Assembly (NCBI GenBank): GCA_963711715.1
Contig: CAVQFJ010000018.1
Location: 92,137-156,136 of the forward strand
From: an uncultured Actinomycetota bacterium
GTDB taxonomy: Bacteria; Actinomycetota; Actinomycetes; Mycobacteriales; Pseudonocardiaceae
Length of the DNA: 64,000 nt
Reading direction: 5' to 3'
The notes beneath the pieces were generated by a model. The model saw only the letters and a list, made by a program, of their open reading frames with translations, did not search any database and was not told the origin of the DNA. How positions within the stretch are numbered: the first letter of the stretch is position 1; each line of letters begins with the position of its first letter. The position numbers and the translations under genes were made by a program. This document shows, in pieces, positions 11,391 to 20,236 of this stretch.

Positions 11391-11974
11391 GTCGGCCCGT
11401 CCCCGAACACGTCGACCACGGCGATGTCCACCCGCACCACGGGCATCCCGAGCGCCTGCTCGCCCGCCGCGATCACCATCTGGCGCACCCGGGCCGTGAC
11501 CGACGCCAGGTCGACCCCGAAGCGGGCGGCCACGGTCATCGCCACGGTCGCGGCGTGCGGCGGTGCGCCCTCCTCCGCGAGCTGCTCGATGCGGCAGCTC
11601 CGTGCCCGGAGCCCGACCATCCGGTCCACCGTGTGCCGCAGGACGGCGGCGGCGGCGGGACGGCTCAGCCGGGCCGGGCCGTGCGGCGAGGGCAGTGTGA
11701 GGACGTCCTGGGAGCGGAAGTCGGTCAGCACGGCACCCATGACGCGGTTCAACACCGACGGTGGCGGTTCGAGCTCCTGCGCCGCCATCCGGTGCACGAT
11801 CGAGTCCAGGCTCCGTGCGTCGGCGAACGCTGCGGTGCAGTGCGGGCAGCCCCGCTCGTGGTCGTCGAGCGGCGTCCCGGCCCTGGCGCGGTCCCACACC
11901 GTCGCGGCATCCCGTCCGCACGCCAACGGCTCGATCGGGCTGCCGGCCGCACGGTCGTTCGCTCGCGGTCTCAT
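11387..11974 (-). CDS. putative anti-sigma factor: N-terminal ZAS zinc motif fused to an Asp23/Gls24 domain
   Basis: HERGCPHC fits H-x3-C-x2-C. The C-terminal half is Asp23-like (AAAAVLRHTVDRMVGL..VAMTVAARFGVDL). Its start overlaps the ECF sigma stop (ATGA at 11971-11974). Confidence 0.65.
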   Translation of the reverse strand: MRPRANDRAAGSPIEPLACGRDAATVWDRARAGTPLDDHERGCPHCTAAFADARSLDSIVHRMAAQELEPPPSVLNRVMGAVLTDFRSQDVLTLPSPHGPARLSRPAAAAVLRHTVDRMVGLRARSCRIEQLAEEGAPPHAATVAMTVAARFGVDLASVTARVRQMVIAAGEQALGMPVVRVDIAVVDVFGDGPT

Positions 11975-12567
11975 CGCCACGATCGCATCACCCCAGCCAG
12001 CCGCACCCGCGCGCGGTGGATCCGCCCGCGCACCGCATCCTCGCTCGCGCCGGTGATGTGTGCGATGTCCGAGTAGCCCAGGCCCTCCAGCTCGCGCAGC
12101 ACCCAGGCGATGCGCAGGTCGTCGCGCAGGTCCTGCACGGCCCGTCCGAGCGCGGCCATCCCGGCGTCGAGCTCGGCGGTGCGTTCGGGGGAGTCGGGCG
12201 CGGGCACGCGGTCGGCGACCACCTCGACGGGCACGGGTCGGCGACGGCGCAGCATGGCGACACACCGGTTGGTGAGGATGCGGTACATCCACGTGGAGAA
12301 CGCCGCATCGGCGCGGAACCGGCCGATCCGGCGCCACGCGTCGAGCAGGGCCTCCTGCAGTGCGTCCTCGGCCTCGCCGGGGTCGCCCATCACGCGCACG
12401 GCCAGTCGGTAGAGCGCCGCCTGGTGCCGCCGGGCGAGCGCCTCGAACGCCCGGGCGTCGCCCTCCTGCGCCCGCACGACCAGCGTGGGTTCGTCGAGCA
12501 GCTGGTGGGGGAGGGTCGGGAGCTCGGCCGGCGGTCCCCGGTCCACCCAGCCGCTGATCGCAGCCAC
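11971..12567 (-). CDS. ECF-type RNA polymerase sigma-70 factor
   Basis: Region 2 (EDALQEALLDAWRRIGRFRADAAFSTWMYRILTNRC) and region 4 (LRIAWVLRELEGLGYSDIAHITGASEDAVRGRIHRAR). Confidence 0.9.
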   Translation of the reverse strand: MAAISGWVDRGPPAELPTLPHQLLDEPTLVVRAQEGDARAFEALARRHQAALYRLAVRVMGDPGEAEDALQEALLDAWRRIGRFRADAAFSTWMYRILTNRCVAMLRRRRPVPVEVVADRVPAPDSPERTAELDAGMAALGRAVQDLRDDLRIAWVLRELEGLGYSDIAHITGASEDAVRGRIHRARVRLAGVMRSWR

Positions 12568-12706
12568 CGAACTCCGTTCGCCTGAGCGGGACGCCGGCGC
12601 CCGTCGTCGAGCCGGCGTGCCACACGGTAGTCCTCGGCCGACGCCCTGTCCGACATCTCGCGCGGCCAGTCAGGACGCCTCGCAGCCGCCCTGACCGTTC
12701 CCGGAG

Positions 12707-12742
12707 CACGGCACCTCCGCGAACCACGGCACCTCCGCGAAC
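12707..12742. repeat. perfect 18-bp tandem duplication (CACGGCACCTCCGCGAAC x2) in the divergent sigma/Asp23 intergenic region
   Basis: Read directly: unit 1 is 12707-12724 and unit 2 is 12725-12742. Confidence 0.9.
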
Positions 12743-12794
12743 CACTGCGGATCGCCTCGACCACTGCCCGGACCACCGCATCTACACTGCGACG

Positions 12795-13115
12795 ATGTCC
12801 GAAGCCGGCACCGACGACGCGAGCCGGGTGGCCGAGGCCGTGCTCGCGCACCCCGCCGTGGCCCGCCTGGACGGCGGGCCGTTCGGCACGGTCGCCTCCC
12901 TGCTACCCGGACGTCGTGTCGTGGGTGTGCGGATCGGCATCGGCGACGAGCCCGTCGAGCTGGCCGTCGTCGCCCGGTTCGGCATCCCGCTGCCGCTGCT
13001 CGCCGAGGAGCTCGGGGCCGTGGTGCGCGGGCTGCTCGGCCCGGTGGCGGTGGACGTGACGTTCTCCGACGTGGTGTCCCCGCCCGCCACCGCCGTGCGG
13101 GTCGAGCGCCGCTGA
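12795..13115 (+). CDS. Asp23/Gls24-like small protein
   Basis: RVAEAVLAHPAVARLDGGPFGTVASLLPGRRVVGVRIG..VELAVVARFG. Divergent from the ECF sigma operon. Confidence 0.6.
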   Translation: MSEAGTDDASRVAEAVLAHPAVARLDGGPFGTVASLLPGRRVVGVRIGIGDEPVELAVVARFGIPLPLLAEELGAVVRGLLGPVAVDVTFSDVVSPPATAVRVERR

Positions 13116-13293
13116 GCGGGCTGCTCGACGGCGCCGGCCGGGCGCCGGTCGGGCGGGCGCCGTCGGCTGCGGCGTCTCGCCTAGACTCGCGAGGACGACC
13201 GGCCGCGCGCTGTTCGCGCCGGCGCCCGCGGATCCGGTCGAACGCGGTCGGCACTGCCGCCATCCGAGATCGTCACACCGAGGAGCACCCACC

Positions 13294-14736
13294 GTGAAGA
13301 GCACCGTCGAGCGGCTGAGCCCGACGCGAGTCCGGATCAACGTCGAGGTGCCGTTCGACGAGCTCAAGCCGGACTTCGACCGCGCGTACAAGAAGATCGC
13401 GAAGCAGGTCCGCGTCCCCGGGTTCCGCCCGGGCAAGGTGCCGGCCCGGATCATCGAGGCCCGGCTGGGCCGCGGCGTGGTGCTCGAGGAGGTCGTCAAC
13501 GGCGCCGTGCCGGCGAAGTACTCCGAGGCCGTCACGGCGGCCGAGGCGCTCACCCCGATCGGGCGCCCGGACATCGAGGTCACCGAGATCGCCGACGGCG
13601 ACAAGCTCGCGTTCACCGCGGAGGTGGACGTCCGGCCCGACATCACGCTCCCCGAGCTGGACGGGCTGCGGGTCACGGTGGACGACGTCGAGGTCACCGA
13701 CGCCGACGTCGCCGAGCAGCTGGAGAACCTCCGCGCCCGCTTCGGCACCCTCACCGGAGTGGAGCGGCCCGCGAGCAAGGACGACTTCGTCCTCATCGAC
13801 CTCTCCGCCACCGTGGACGGACAGCCCGTCGAGGAGGCCACCACCAGCGGTTTCTCCTACCAGGTCGGCCAGGGCGGGCTGATCGACGGCATCGACGAGG
13901 CCGTCGAGGGCCTGTCGGCGGGCGAGTCGGCCACCTTCCCCACCACGTTGGTGGCGGGCGAGCACGCGAACTCCGAGGCCGACGTCACGGTCACGGTCAC
14001 GGCGGTGAAGGAACGCGAGCTGCCGGCCGCCGACGACGAGTTCGCCCAGCTCGCCAGCGAGTTCGACACCCTCGACGAGCTCACCGCCGACCTGCGCGAG
14101 CGCTTCGGCCGGGTCCGCAGGATGGAGCAGGTCACGCAGGCCCGCGACCGGGTGCTCGACGCGCTGGTGGACGGCACCGAGGTGCCATTGCCGGAGAGCG
14201 TCGTCACCGCCGAGGTCGACTCCCGCCTGCACGACGCCGTCCACGGCTTCGACCACGACGAGGAGCGGTTCGCCGAGTTCCTCTCGGGCCAGGACAAGAC
14301 GCGCGAGCAGTTCGACGCCGAGGCCCGCGACGACGCCGAGAAGTCGGTGCGCACCCGGCTGGTCCTCGACGCGCTCGCCGACGCCGAGCAGGTCGCGGTG
14401 AACGACCAGGAGCTCACGGAACGGATCATCTTCCAGGCCCAGCAGTACCAGATGCCGCCCGAGGAGTTCGTGAAGCGGATCCAGGAGGCCGGCCAGCTCG
14501 GCGCGATCTACGCGGACGTCCGGCGCAGCAAGGCGCTGATCGCGGCCGTCCGGGCGGCCACCGTCACCGATGCGTCCGGATCCCCGGTCGACATGTCCGA
14601 GCTGCTCGGCGACGACGACGACACGGACGTGGCCGAGGTGTCCGACGACGAGGTCGCCGGCGACACCGCGGCGGAATCCGATGTGGACACCGTTGCCGGC
14701 GCCTCGAGCGGGGAGCCGGCACCCCGCTCCGGCTGA
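13294..14736 (+). CDS. tig: trigger factor
   Basis: VKSTVERLSPTRVRINVEVPFDELKPDFDRAYKKIAKQVRVPGFRPGKVP. It sits in the canonical position upstream of clpP1P2X. Confidence 0.95.
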   Translation: MKSTVERLSPTRVRINVEVPFDELKPDFDRAYKKIAKQVRVPGFRPGKVPARIIEARLGRGVVLEEVVNGAVPAKYSEAVTAAEALTPIGRPDIEVTEIADGDKLAFTAEVDVRPDITLPELDGLRVTVDDVEVTDADVAEQLENLRARFGTLTGVERPASKDDFVLIDLSATVDGQPVEEATTSGFSYQVGQGGLIDGIDEAVEGLSAGESATFPTTLVAGEHANSEADVTVTVTAVKERELPAADDEFAQLASEFDTLDELTADLRERFGRVRRMEQVTQARDRVLDALVDGTEVPLPESVVTAEVDSRLHDAVHGFDHDEERFAEFLSGQDKTREQFDAEARDDAEKSVRTRLVLDALADAEQVAVNDQELTERIIFQAQQYQMPPEEFVKRIQEAGQLGAIYADVRRSKALIAAVRAATVTDASGSPVDMSELLGDDDDTDVAEVSDDEVAGDTAAESDVDTVAGASSGEPAPRSG

Positions 14737-14754
14737 GCGCGCCACATCGCTCCA

Positions 14755-14768
14755 CGCCCACAGCGAAC
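14755..14768. promoter_or_regulatory. candidate ClgR operator (reverse strand reads GTTCGC-N5-GCG)
   Basis: CGCCCACAGCGAAC lies about 140 nt upstream of clpP1. The consensus is recalled from Streptomyces/Corynebacterium ClgR work. This is a single half-palindromic hit only. Confidence 0.3.
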
Positions 14769-14910
14769 AACCGGGCCGCACGCGGCGGGTCTCCCGCCCG
14801 CCCGCGTAGGGTCGAACCGAGAGCACGCGAGCTGACCAGCACAGATGAGCAGAGAAGCAGAGAAGAGAAGGCAGGGTGACGTGAAGCAGCAGGAACCCGC
14901 GGGAGCGGCC

Positions 14911-15522
14911 ATGCGGCGGGGCGGCGCGCCGTCGTCGATGACGCTGTCCGACTCGGTGTACGAGCGGCTGCTGCAGCAGCGGATCATCGTGCTCGGCCAG
15001 CAGGTCGACGACGACATCGCCAACCGCATCGCCGCGCAGATGCTCCTGCTGTCCGCCGAGGACCCGACGGCGGACATCTCGCTCTACATCAACTCGCCCG
15101 GTGGGTCGGTCACCGCCGGGATGGCCATCTTCGACACGATGGAGTTCATCGAGTGCGACGTGGCCACCTACGCGATGGGGCTGGCCGCCTCGATGGGGCA
15201 GTTCCTGCTCTCGGCGGGGGCGCGAGGCAAGCGCTACGCGTTGCCCCACTGCCAGATCCTCATGCACCAGCCCTCGGCCGGAGTGGGCGGCACCGAGTCC
15301 GACATCTCCATCCAGGCGGAGCTGTTCAAGCGCCACAAGCGTGAGATGGCCGAGCTGATCGCCGGGCACACCGGCCAGACCGTCGAGAAGATCGTCGCCG
15401 ACTTCGACCGGGACCGCTGGTTCTCCGCGCAGGAGGCCCTCGAATACGGTTTCGTCGACCATGTGATCTCCCGTGCCGGCCAGCTGCCGGACGCGGTGAG
15501 CGAGAACGGGAGTGCCCGGTGA
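14911..15522 (+). CDS. clpP: ATP-dependent Clp protease proteolytic subunit 1
   Basis: [50 protein letters not shown]. The start is uncertain: ATG 14911 follows GGGAG, and GTG 14881 or ATG 14845 are also possible. Confidence 0.9.
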   Translation: MRRGGAPSSMTLSDSVYERLLQQRIIVLGQQVDDDIANRIAAQMLLLSAEDPTADISLYINSPGGSVTAGMAIFDTMEFIECDVATYAMGLAASMGQFLLSAGARGKRYALPHCQILMHQPSAGVGGTESDISIQAELFKRHKREMAELIAGHTGQTVEKIVADFDRDRWFSAQEALEYGFVDHVISRAGQLPDAVSENGSAR

Positions 15523-16142
15523 GTTTCGAGATGCCCACGTCTCGCTACGTGCTGCCGTCCTTCGTCGAGCGCACGAGCTACGGGGTCAAGGAGTCCAACC
15601 CGTACAACAAGCTGTTCGAGGAGCGCATCATCTTCCTCGGCGTGCAGATCGACGACGCGTCGGCCAACGACGTCATGGCGCAGCTGCTGTGCCTGGAGTC
15701 GGCCGATCCGGACCGCGAGATCAGCATGTACATCAACTCGCCGGGCGGGTCGTTCACGTCGCTCATGGCCATCTACGACACGATGCAGTTCATCCGGCCC
15801 GACATCCAGACGGTCTGCCTCGGGCAGGCCGCGTCGGCGGCGGCCGTGCTGCTCGCGGCGGGCACCCCCGGGCGCCGGCTCGCGGTCCAGAACGCGCGGA
15901 TCCTGATCCACCAGCCCGCCACCGAGGGCTTCTACGGCCAGGTCTCGGACCTCGAGATCCAGGCGGCGGAGATCTCGCGGATGCGCAAGCTGCTGGAGTC
16001 CACCCTCGCCAAGCACAGTGGGCGCACGCCCGAGCAGGTGCGCGAGGACATCGAGCGCGACAAGATCCTGACGGCCGAGGAGGCCAAGGAGTACGGGATC
16101 GTCGACGAGATCATCCAAAGCCGAAAGCTCTCCGCGGCCTGA
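15519..16142 (+). CDS. clpP: ATP-dependent Clp protease proteolytic subunit 2
   Basis: [38 protein letters not shown] closely matches mycobacterial ClpP2 as I recall it. GTGA overlap with the clpP1 stop. Confidence 0.93.
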   Translation: MSFEMPTSRYVLPSFVERTSYGVKESNPYNKLFEERIIFLGVQIDDASANDVMAQLLCLESADPDREISMYINSPGGSFTSLMAIYDTMQFIRPDIQTVCLGQAASAAAVLLAAGTPGRRLAVQNARILIHQPATEGFYGQVSDLEIQAAEISRMRKLLESTLAKHSGRTPEQVREDIERDKILTAEEAKEYGIVDEIIQSRKLSAA

Positions 16143-16187
16143 CGGCGCCGGCTCGGTACGGGCCGATCCGCCGATCGCGACCGCCCG

Positions 16188-16239
16188 CCGACACGTGCCG
16201 AATCTCCCGGGAGCTGGTGCTCCCGCCGGGACGTGTCGG
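16188..16239 (+). terminator. long nested hairpin between clpP2 and clpX (possible terminator or attenuator; no U-tract)
   Basis: CCGACACGT...ACGTGTCGG form the outer 9-bp arms, enclosing CGGGAGC-tggt-GCTCCCG. Confidence 0.35.
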
Positions 16240-16317
16240 ACGGGTACGGTCACGATGGCCGCGCCTGCCGGGCACGCCGGACGGGGTAGCGCTAGATGAG
16301 AACTGGGGTCTGCACTC

Positions 16318-17598
16318 ATGGCACGCATCGGTGACGGCGGTGACCTGCTCAAGTGCTCGTTCTGCGGGAAGAGTCAGAAGCAGGTCAAGAAACTGATCGC
16401 CGGCCCGGGCGTCTACATCTGCGACGAGTGCATCGATCTGTGCAACGAGATCATCGAGGAGGAGCTGGCCGAGGCCGGTGAGGTCAAGCTCGACGAGCTG
16501 CCCAAGCCCGCCGAGATCCACGACTTCCTCGACCAGTACGTGGTAGGGCAGGGCCAGACCAAGCGCACGCTCTCGGTGGCGGTCTACAACCACTACAAGC
16601 GCATCCAGGCCGGCGACAAGGGCCGCGGGGCCGACGGCGACGGCGTCGAGCTGGCGAAGTCGAACATCCTCATGCTCGGCCCCACCGGCTGCGGCAAGAC
16701 CTACCTGGCGCAGACGCTCGCCAAGCTGCTCAACGTCCCGTTCGCGATCGCCGACGCCACCGCGCTCACCGAGGCCGGGTACGTCGGCGAGGACGTCGAG
16801 AACATCCTGCTCAAGCTGATCCAGGCCGCTGACTACGACGTCAAGCGGGCCGAGACCGGGATCATCTACATCGACGAGGTCGACAAGATCGCCCGGAAGT
16901 CGGAGAACCCGTCGATCACCCGGGACGTGTCCGGCGAGGGCGTGCAGCAGGCACTGTTGAAGATCCTCGAGGGCACCACGGCGAGCGTGCCCCCCCAGGG
17001 CGGCCGCAAGCACCCGCACCAGGAGTTCATCCAGATCGACACCACCAACGTGCTGTTCATCGTGGCGGGGGCGTTCGCGGGGCTCGAGAAGATCATCGGC
17101 GACCGCGTCGGCCGCCGCGGGCTGGGCTTCGGCGCCGAGATCCGGTCGAAGAACGACCTGGACTCGGCCGAGAGCTTCGGCGACACCATGCCCGAGGACC
17201 TCATCAAGTTCGGCCTGATCCCCGAGTTCATCGGCCGCCTGCCGGTCGTGGCCTCGGTGACGTCGCTGGACAAGGACGCCCTGGTCAAGATCCTCACCGA
17301 GCCGCGCAACGCGCTGGTGAAGCAGTACCAGAAGCTCTTCGAGATGGACGGCGTCGAGCTGGAGTTCACCGACGACGCCATGGAGGCCGTGGCCGACCAG
17401 GCCATCCTCCGGGGCACCGGCGCCCGTGGCCTGCGGGCGATCATGGAGGAGGTCCTCCTGCCGGTGATGTACGACATCCCGAGCCGCGATGACGTGGCCA
17501 AGGTGGTCGTCACCGAGCAGACGGTGCGCAGCAACGTCAACCCGACGATCGTCCCGCGCACCCCCGCCCGCCGCGAACGCCGCGAGCGGTCCGCGTAG
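16318..17598 (+). CDS. clpX: ATP-dependent Clp protease ATP-binding subunit ClpX
   Basis: Zinc finger [27 protein letters not shown], Walker A GPTGCGKT, and the IGF-loop region. Confidence 0.97.
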   Translation: MARIGDGGDLLKCSFCGKSQKQVKKLIAGPGVYICDECIDLCNEIIEEELAEAGEVKLDELPKPAEIHDFLDQYVVGQGQTKRTLSVAVYNHYKRIQAGDKGRGADGDGVELAKSNILMLGPTGCGKTYLAQTLAKLLNVPFAIADATALTEAGYVGEDVENILLKLIQAADYDVKRAETGIIYIDEVDKIARKSENPSITRDVSGEGVQQALLKILEGTTASVPPQGGRKHPHQEFIQIDTTNVLFIVAGAFAGLEKIIGDRVGRRGLGFGAEIRSKNDLDSAESFGDTMPEDLIKFGLIPEFIGRLPVVASVTSLDKDALVKILTEPRNALVKQYQKLFEMDGVELEFTDDAMEAVADQAILRGTGARGLRAIMEEVLLPVMYDIPSRDDVAKVVVTEQTVRSNVNPTIVPRTPARRERRERSA

Positions 17599-17779
17599 CC
17601 CGGATCACGTCGCGGTCGGGGTCGGCCCGCTCGGCATGCGGTAGCGCCGCGCCGAACCGTTGTGGCTGACGATCAGGGGCTTCGACGTCCGAGGCCCGTG
17701 ATGCCAGCGGTTGCAGGGTGCCCGACCCCCACCTAGCGTCACGCCGACCTGTGACCGCGACGACGCGAAGGGGTTTCCC

Positions 17780-19171
17780 ATGGCCGCCGGGTTCCTGCAA
17801 CGCGAGCGGATCGTCGCGCCGCCGGGGTGGAGCCGCTGGCTGATCCCGCCGGCCGCGTTGTCCATCCACCTCGCCATCGGCCAGGCCTACGCGTGGAGCG
17901 TGTTCAAGACAGCCCTCGAGTCGACGCTCCTGGAGGGCAACCCCAATGCGGGCGTCCTCAGCGCGCTCCCGTTCACCCTCGGCATCATCATGCTCGGCCT
18001 GTCCGCCGCGCTGTTCGGGACGAAGGTGGACGCGAACGGCCCGCGCTGGGCGATGGCGGCCTCCTCCGCGTTCTTCGTCGGCGGCTTCTTCATCTCGGCC
18101 ATCGGCATCTGGCTCGGGCAGTACTGGCTGGTGATCGTCGGGTACGGGTTGGTCGGCGGCATCGGACTGGGCATCGGCTACATCTCACCGGTCTCCACGC
18201 TGATCAAGTGGTTCCCCGACCGGCCGGGGCTGGCTACGGGGATCGCGATCATGGGCTTCGGCGGCGGCGCACTGATCGCCTCGCCGCTCACCACCCAGCT
18301 GCTCAAGGCCTTCGGTGGCTCCGGCGAGAACGCCCAGGCCGGCGGCGTCGCGTGGACCTTCCTCGTCATGGGGCTCATCTACCTGGCCTTCATGTCGGTG
18401 GGTTGGCTGCTGATCCGGGTGCCGGCCGAGGATTGGAAGCCGGCCGGCTGGGACCCCGCGCACGCCCCGAAGGGCGTCATGATCAGCACCGGCGACGTCT
18501 CGGCCGCCAACTCCATCAAGACGCCGCAGTTCTGGCTGCTGTGGGTGGTGCTGTGCTTCAACGTCACCGCGGGCATCGGCATCCTCGAGCGGGCGTCGCC
18601 GATCTACCGGGACTTCTTCCCCGACGCCTCGTCACCGGAGGCTCTCGCCGCGGCCGCGGCCGGGTTCGTCGCGATGCTGTCGCTGGCGAACTCGATCGGC
18701 CGCATCCTGTGGTCGAGCACGTCGGACTACCTCGGTCGCAAGAACATGTACCGGATCTACCTCGGCGTGGGCGCGTTGCTCTACCTGGCCCTCACGCTCA
18801 TCACCAACACGAACAAGGTCGTGTTCCTGCTCTGCTCGATCCTCATCCTGTCGTTCTACGGCGCGGGGTTCGCGACCGTGCCGGCCTACCTGCGTGACCT
18901 GTTCGGCACCTACCAGGTGGGCGCGATCCACGGCCGGCTGCTGACGGCGTGGTCCGTCGCGGGTGTGCTCGGTCCGCTCATCGTCAACGCGATCGCCGAC
19001 GCGCAGATCGCGGCGGGCGTCGAGGGACCGGGCCGCTACACCACGGCGTTCTACATCATGATCGCGCTGCTGGTGATCGCGTTCGTCTGCAACGAGCTGA
19101 TCAAGCCCGTGAACGACAAGTTCCACGAACCGAAGAGCGGGACATCCACCACGGCAGGAGCACAGGCATGA
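17780..19171 (+). CDS. MFS transporter, oxalate/formate antiporter (OFA) family
   Basis: About 12 predicted TM segments. N-terminus RWLIPPAALSIHLAIGQAYAWSVFK is typical of OFA-type MFS. ATG 17780 is in frame. Confidence 0.8.
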   Translation: MAAGFLQRERIVAPPGWSRWLIPPAALSIHLAIGQAYAWSVFKTALESTLLEGNPNAGVLSALPFTLGIIMLGLSAALFGTKVDANGPRWAMAASSAFFVGGFFISAIGIWLGQYWLVIVGYGLVGGIGLGIGYISPVSTLIKWFPDRPGLATGIAIMGFGGGALIASPLTTQLLKAFGGSGENAQAGGVAWTFLVMGLIYLAFMSVGWLLIRVPAEDWKPAGWDPAHAPKGVMISTGDVSAANSIKTPQFWLLWVVLCFNVTAGIGILERASPIYRDFFPDASSPEALAAAAAGFVAMLSLANSIGRILWSSTSDYLGRKNMYRIYLGVGALLYLALTLITNTNKVVFLLCSILILSFYGAGFATVPAYLRDLFGTYQVGAIHGRLLTAWSVAGVLGPLIVNAIADAQIAAGVEGPGRYTTAFYIMIALLVIAFVCNELIKPVNDKFHEPKSGTSTTAGAQA

Positions 19172-19305
19172 GTACACGGGCGGAGTCGGCGGACGGGGCC
19201 GTGAACCCCGTGCTCATCGGGCTGGCGTGGCTGTGGGTGCTGATCCCCCTCGGTTACGGTCTCTACCAGCTGGTGATCAAGATCCCGGCGCTGTTCGGGA
19301 CCTGA
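19168..19305 (+). CDS. 45-aa single-TM protein, putative MFS small subunit
   Basis: MSTRAESADGAVNPVLIGLAWLWVLIPLGYGLYQLVIKIPALFGT. ATGA overlap with the transporter stop, and GGCAGGAG upstream. Confidence 0.55.
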   Translation: MSTRAESADGAVNPVLIGLAWLWVLIPLGYGLYQLVIKIPALFGT

Positions 19306-19352
19306 CGTCACTCGAAGGGGCGATCCCGGGGCCATCCGATTAGGGTCGACCC

Positions 19353-19667
19353 GTGAGTGAGAGCAGCGACGCGACCGCCCTGTCCGAGTGGGTCACCGCC
19401 GTGGTGCAGCAGGTGGGCCTCGAAGGGGCCCTGGACAGCGGGACGACCGTCGACATGGTGCTGGACCTGACCTCCGACGTCGCCCACGGCGTCAGTCGGC
19501 CGGCCGCTCCGGTGACCGCGTTCCTCATCGGGGTGGCCGCGGGTCGCGCCGACGACCCGGCCGTCGCCGCCCGGGACTACGCCGAGAAGGTCGGTCACCT
19601 GGCCGAAGGATGGAGCAGCGACACCGAGCGCGCTGCCCCGGCCAACGACCAGGCGCAGCGGGCGTGA
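19353..19667 (+). CDS. hypothetical protein (DUF6457-like)
   Basis: ORF with GC3 bias. LSEWVTAVVQQVGLEG..DMVLDLTSDVAHGVSRPAAPVTAFLIGVAAG resembles small actinobacterial proteins of unknown function. Confidence 0.5.
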   Translation: MSESSDATALSEWVTAVVQQVGLEGALDSGTTVDMVLDLTSDVAHGVSRPAAPVTAFLIGVAAGRADDPAVAARDYAEKVGHLAEGWSSDTERAAPANDQAQRA

Positions 19668-19720
19668 CCTGGACGGTGATCACGTAACTGGCCGCGGTGC
19701 CCGATCGGAACGCCTGATGC

Positions 19721-20155
19721 TCAGGCCGTGACGTCGAGCTCCGCGATGATCCTGCTCGGCCGCAGCCGGACGAGGAGCTCCCCCGGTACCCCGTTGCGGC
19801 GGCCGAACTCCTCCGCCCGGTCCGGGCCCATGTAGCGCGCCCCGATCGCGGTGGCCACGCGCACCAGCTCGTCGAGGTCCTCCGACACCTCCGCCGTGCC
19901 CTGCACCTGCACGAACGCGTAGGGCGGCTCCTCGAGGTCCACGCAGAGCGCGAGTCGCGGGTCGCGTCCGATCGCCCGGCCCTTGGCCGTGTCGGCACCC
20001 GTGGTGAACAGCAGCTCGGGGCCGTCGTCCGGGCCCTCGACGACGAACCACACCGGCGCCACCAGCGGGCGGCCGTCGCCGGCGGCGAAGCCGAGCTTGC
20101 CGGTGCGGGTGCGTGCGGTCAGGAACGCGCGGGCGTCGGGGGAGAGTGTCGCCAT
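19721..20155 (-). CDS. PPOX-class (pyridoxamine 5'-phosphate oxidase-like) probable F420-dependent oxidoreductase
   Basis: LSPDARAFLTARTRTGKLGFAAGDGRPLVAPVWFVVEG..LLFTTGADTAKGRAIGRDPRLALCVD. Confidence 0.7.
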   Translation of the reverse strand: MATLSPDARAFLTARTRTGKLGFAAGDGRPLVAPVWFVVEGPDDGPELLFTTGADTAKGRAIGRDPRLALCVDLEEPPYAFVQVQGTAEVSEDLDELVRVATAIGARYMGPDRAEEFGRRNGVPGELLVRLRPSRIIAELDVTA

Positions 20156-20236
20156 CGGTGCACTGTAGATCGGACCCGGAAGTCCGGGACGCTGACGGGC
20201 ATGGCGTGGCCTCCGGCCCGGGGGGAGGATCGCGGT

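Noticed and set aside
12674-12701. ECF-type promoter (GGAAC ... CGTC) upstream of the ECF sigma gene
   Set aside because: The spacing between the two elements is 19 nt rather than the usual 16-17, and the downstream element is CGTC, not CGTT. This is not convincing by eye.
13273-15462. 729-aa minus-strand ORF opposite tig and clpP1. Similar giants lie opposite gltD (3508..5307), valS (21329..23719), rne (34164..36272), obg (37060..39132), the osmC/FMO region (44540..46693), the MoxR/VWA/M28 genes (49203..52307) and comEA/comEC (57479..60421).
   Set aside because: All are mirror-strand ORFs of confidently identified genes. They have no recognisable domains and show codon-position GC patterns opposite to genuine genes.
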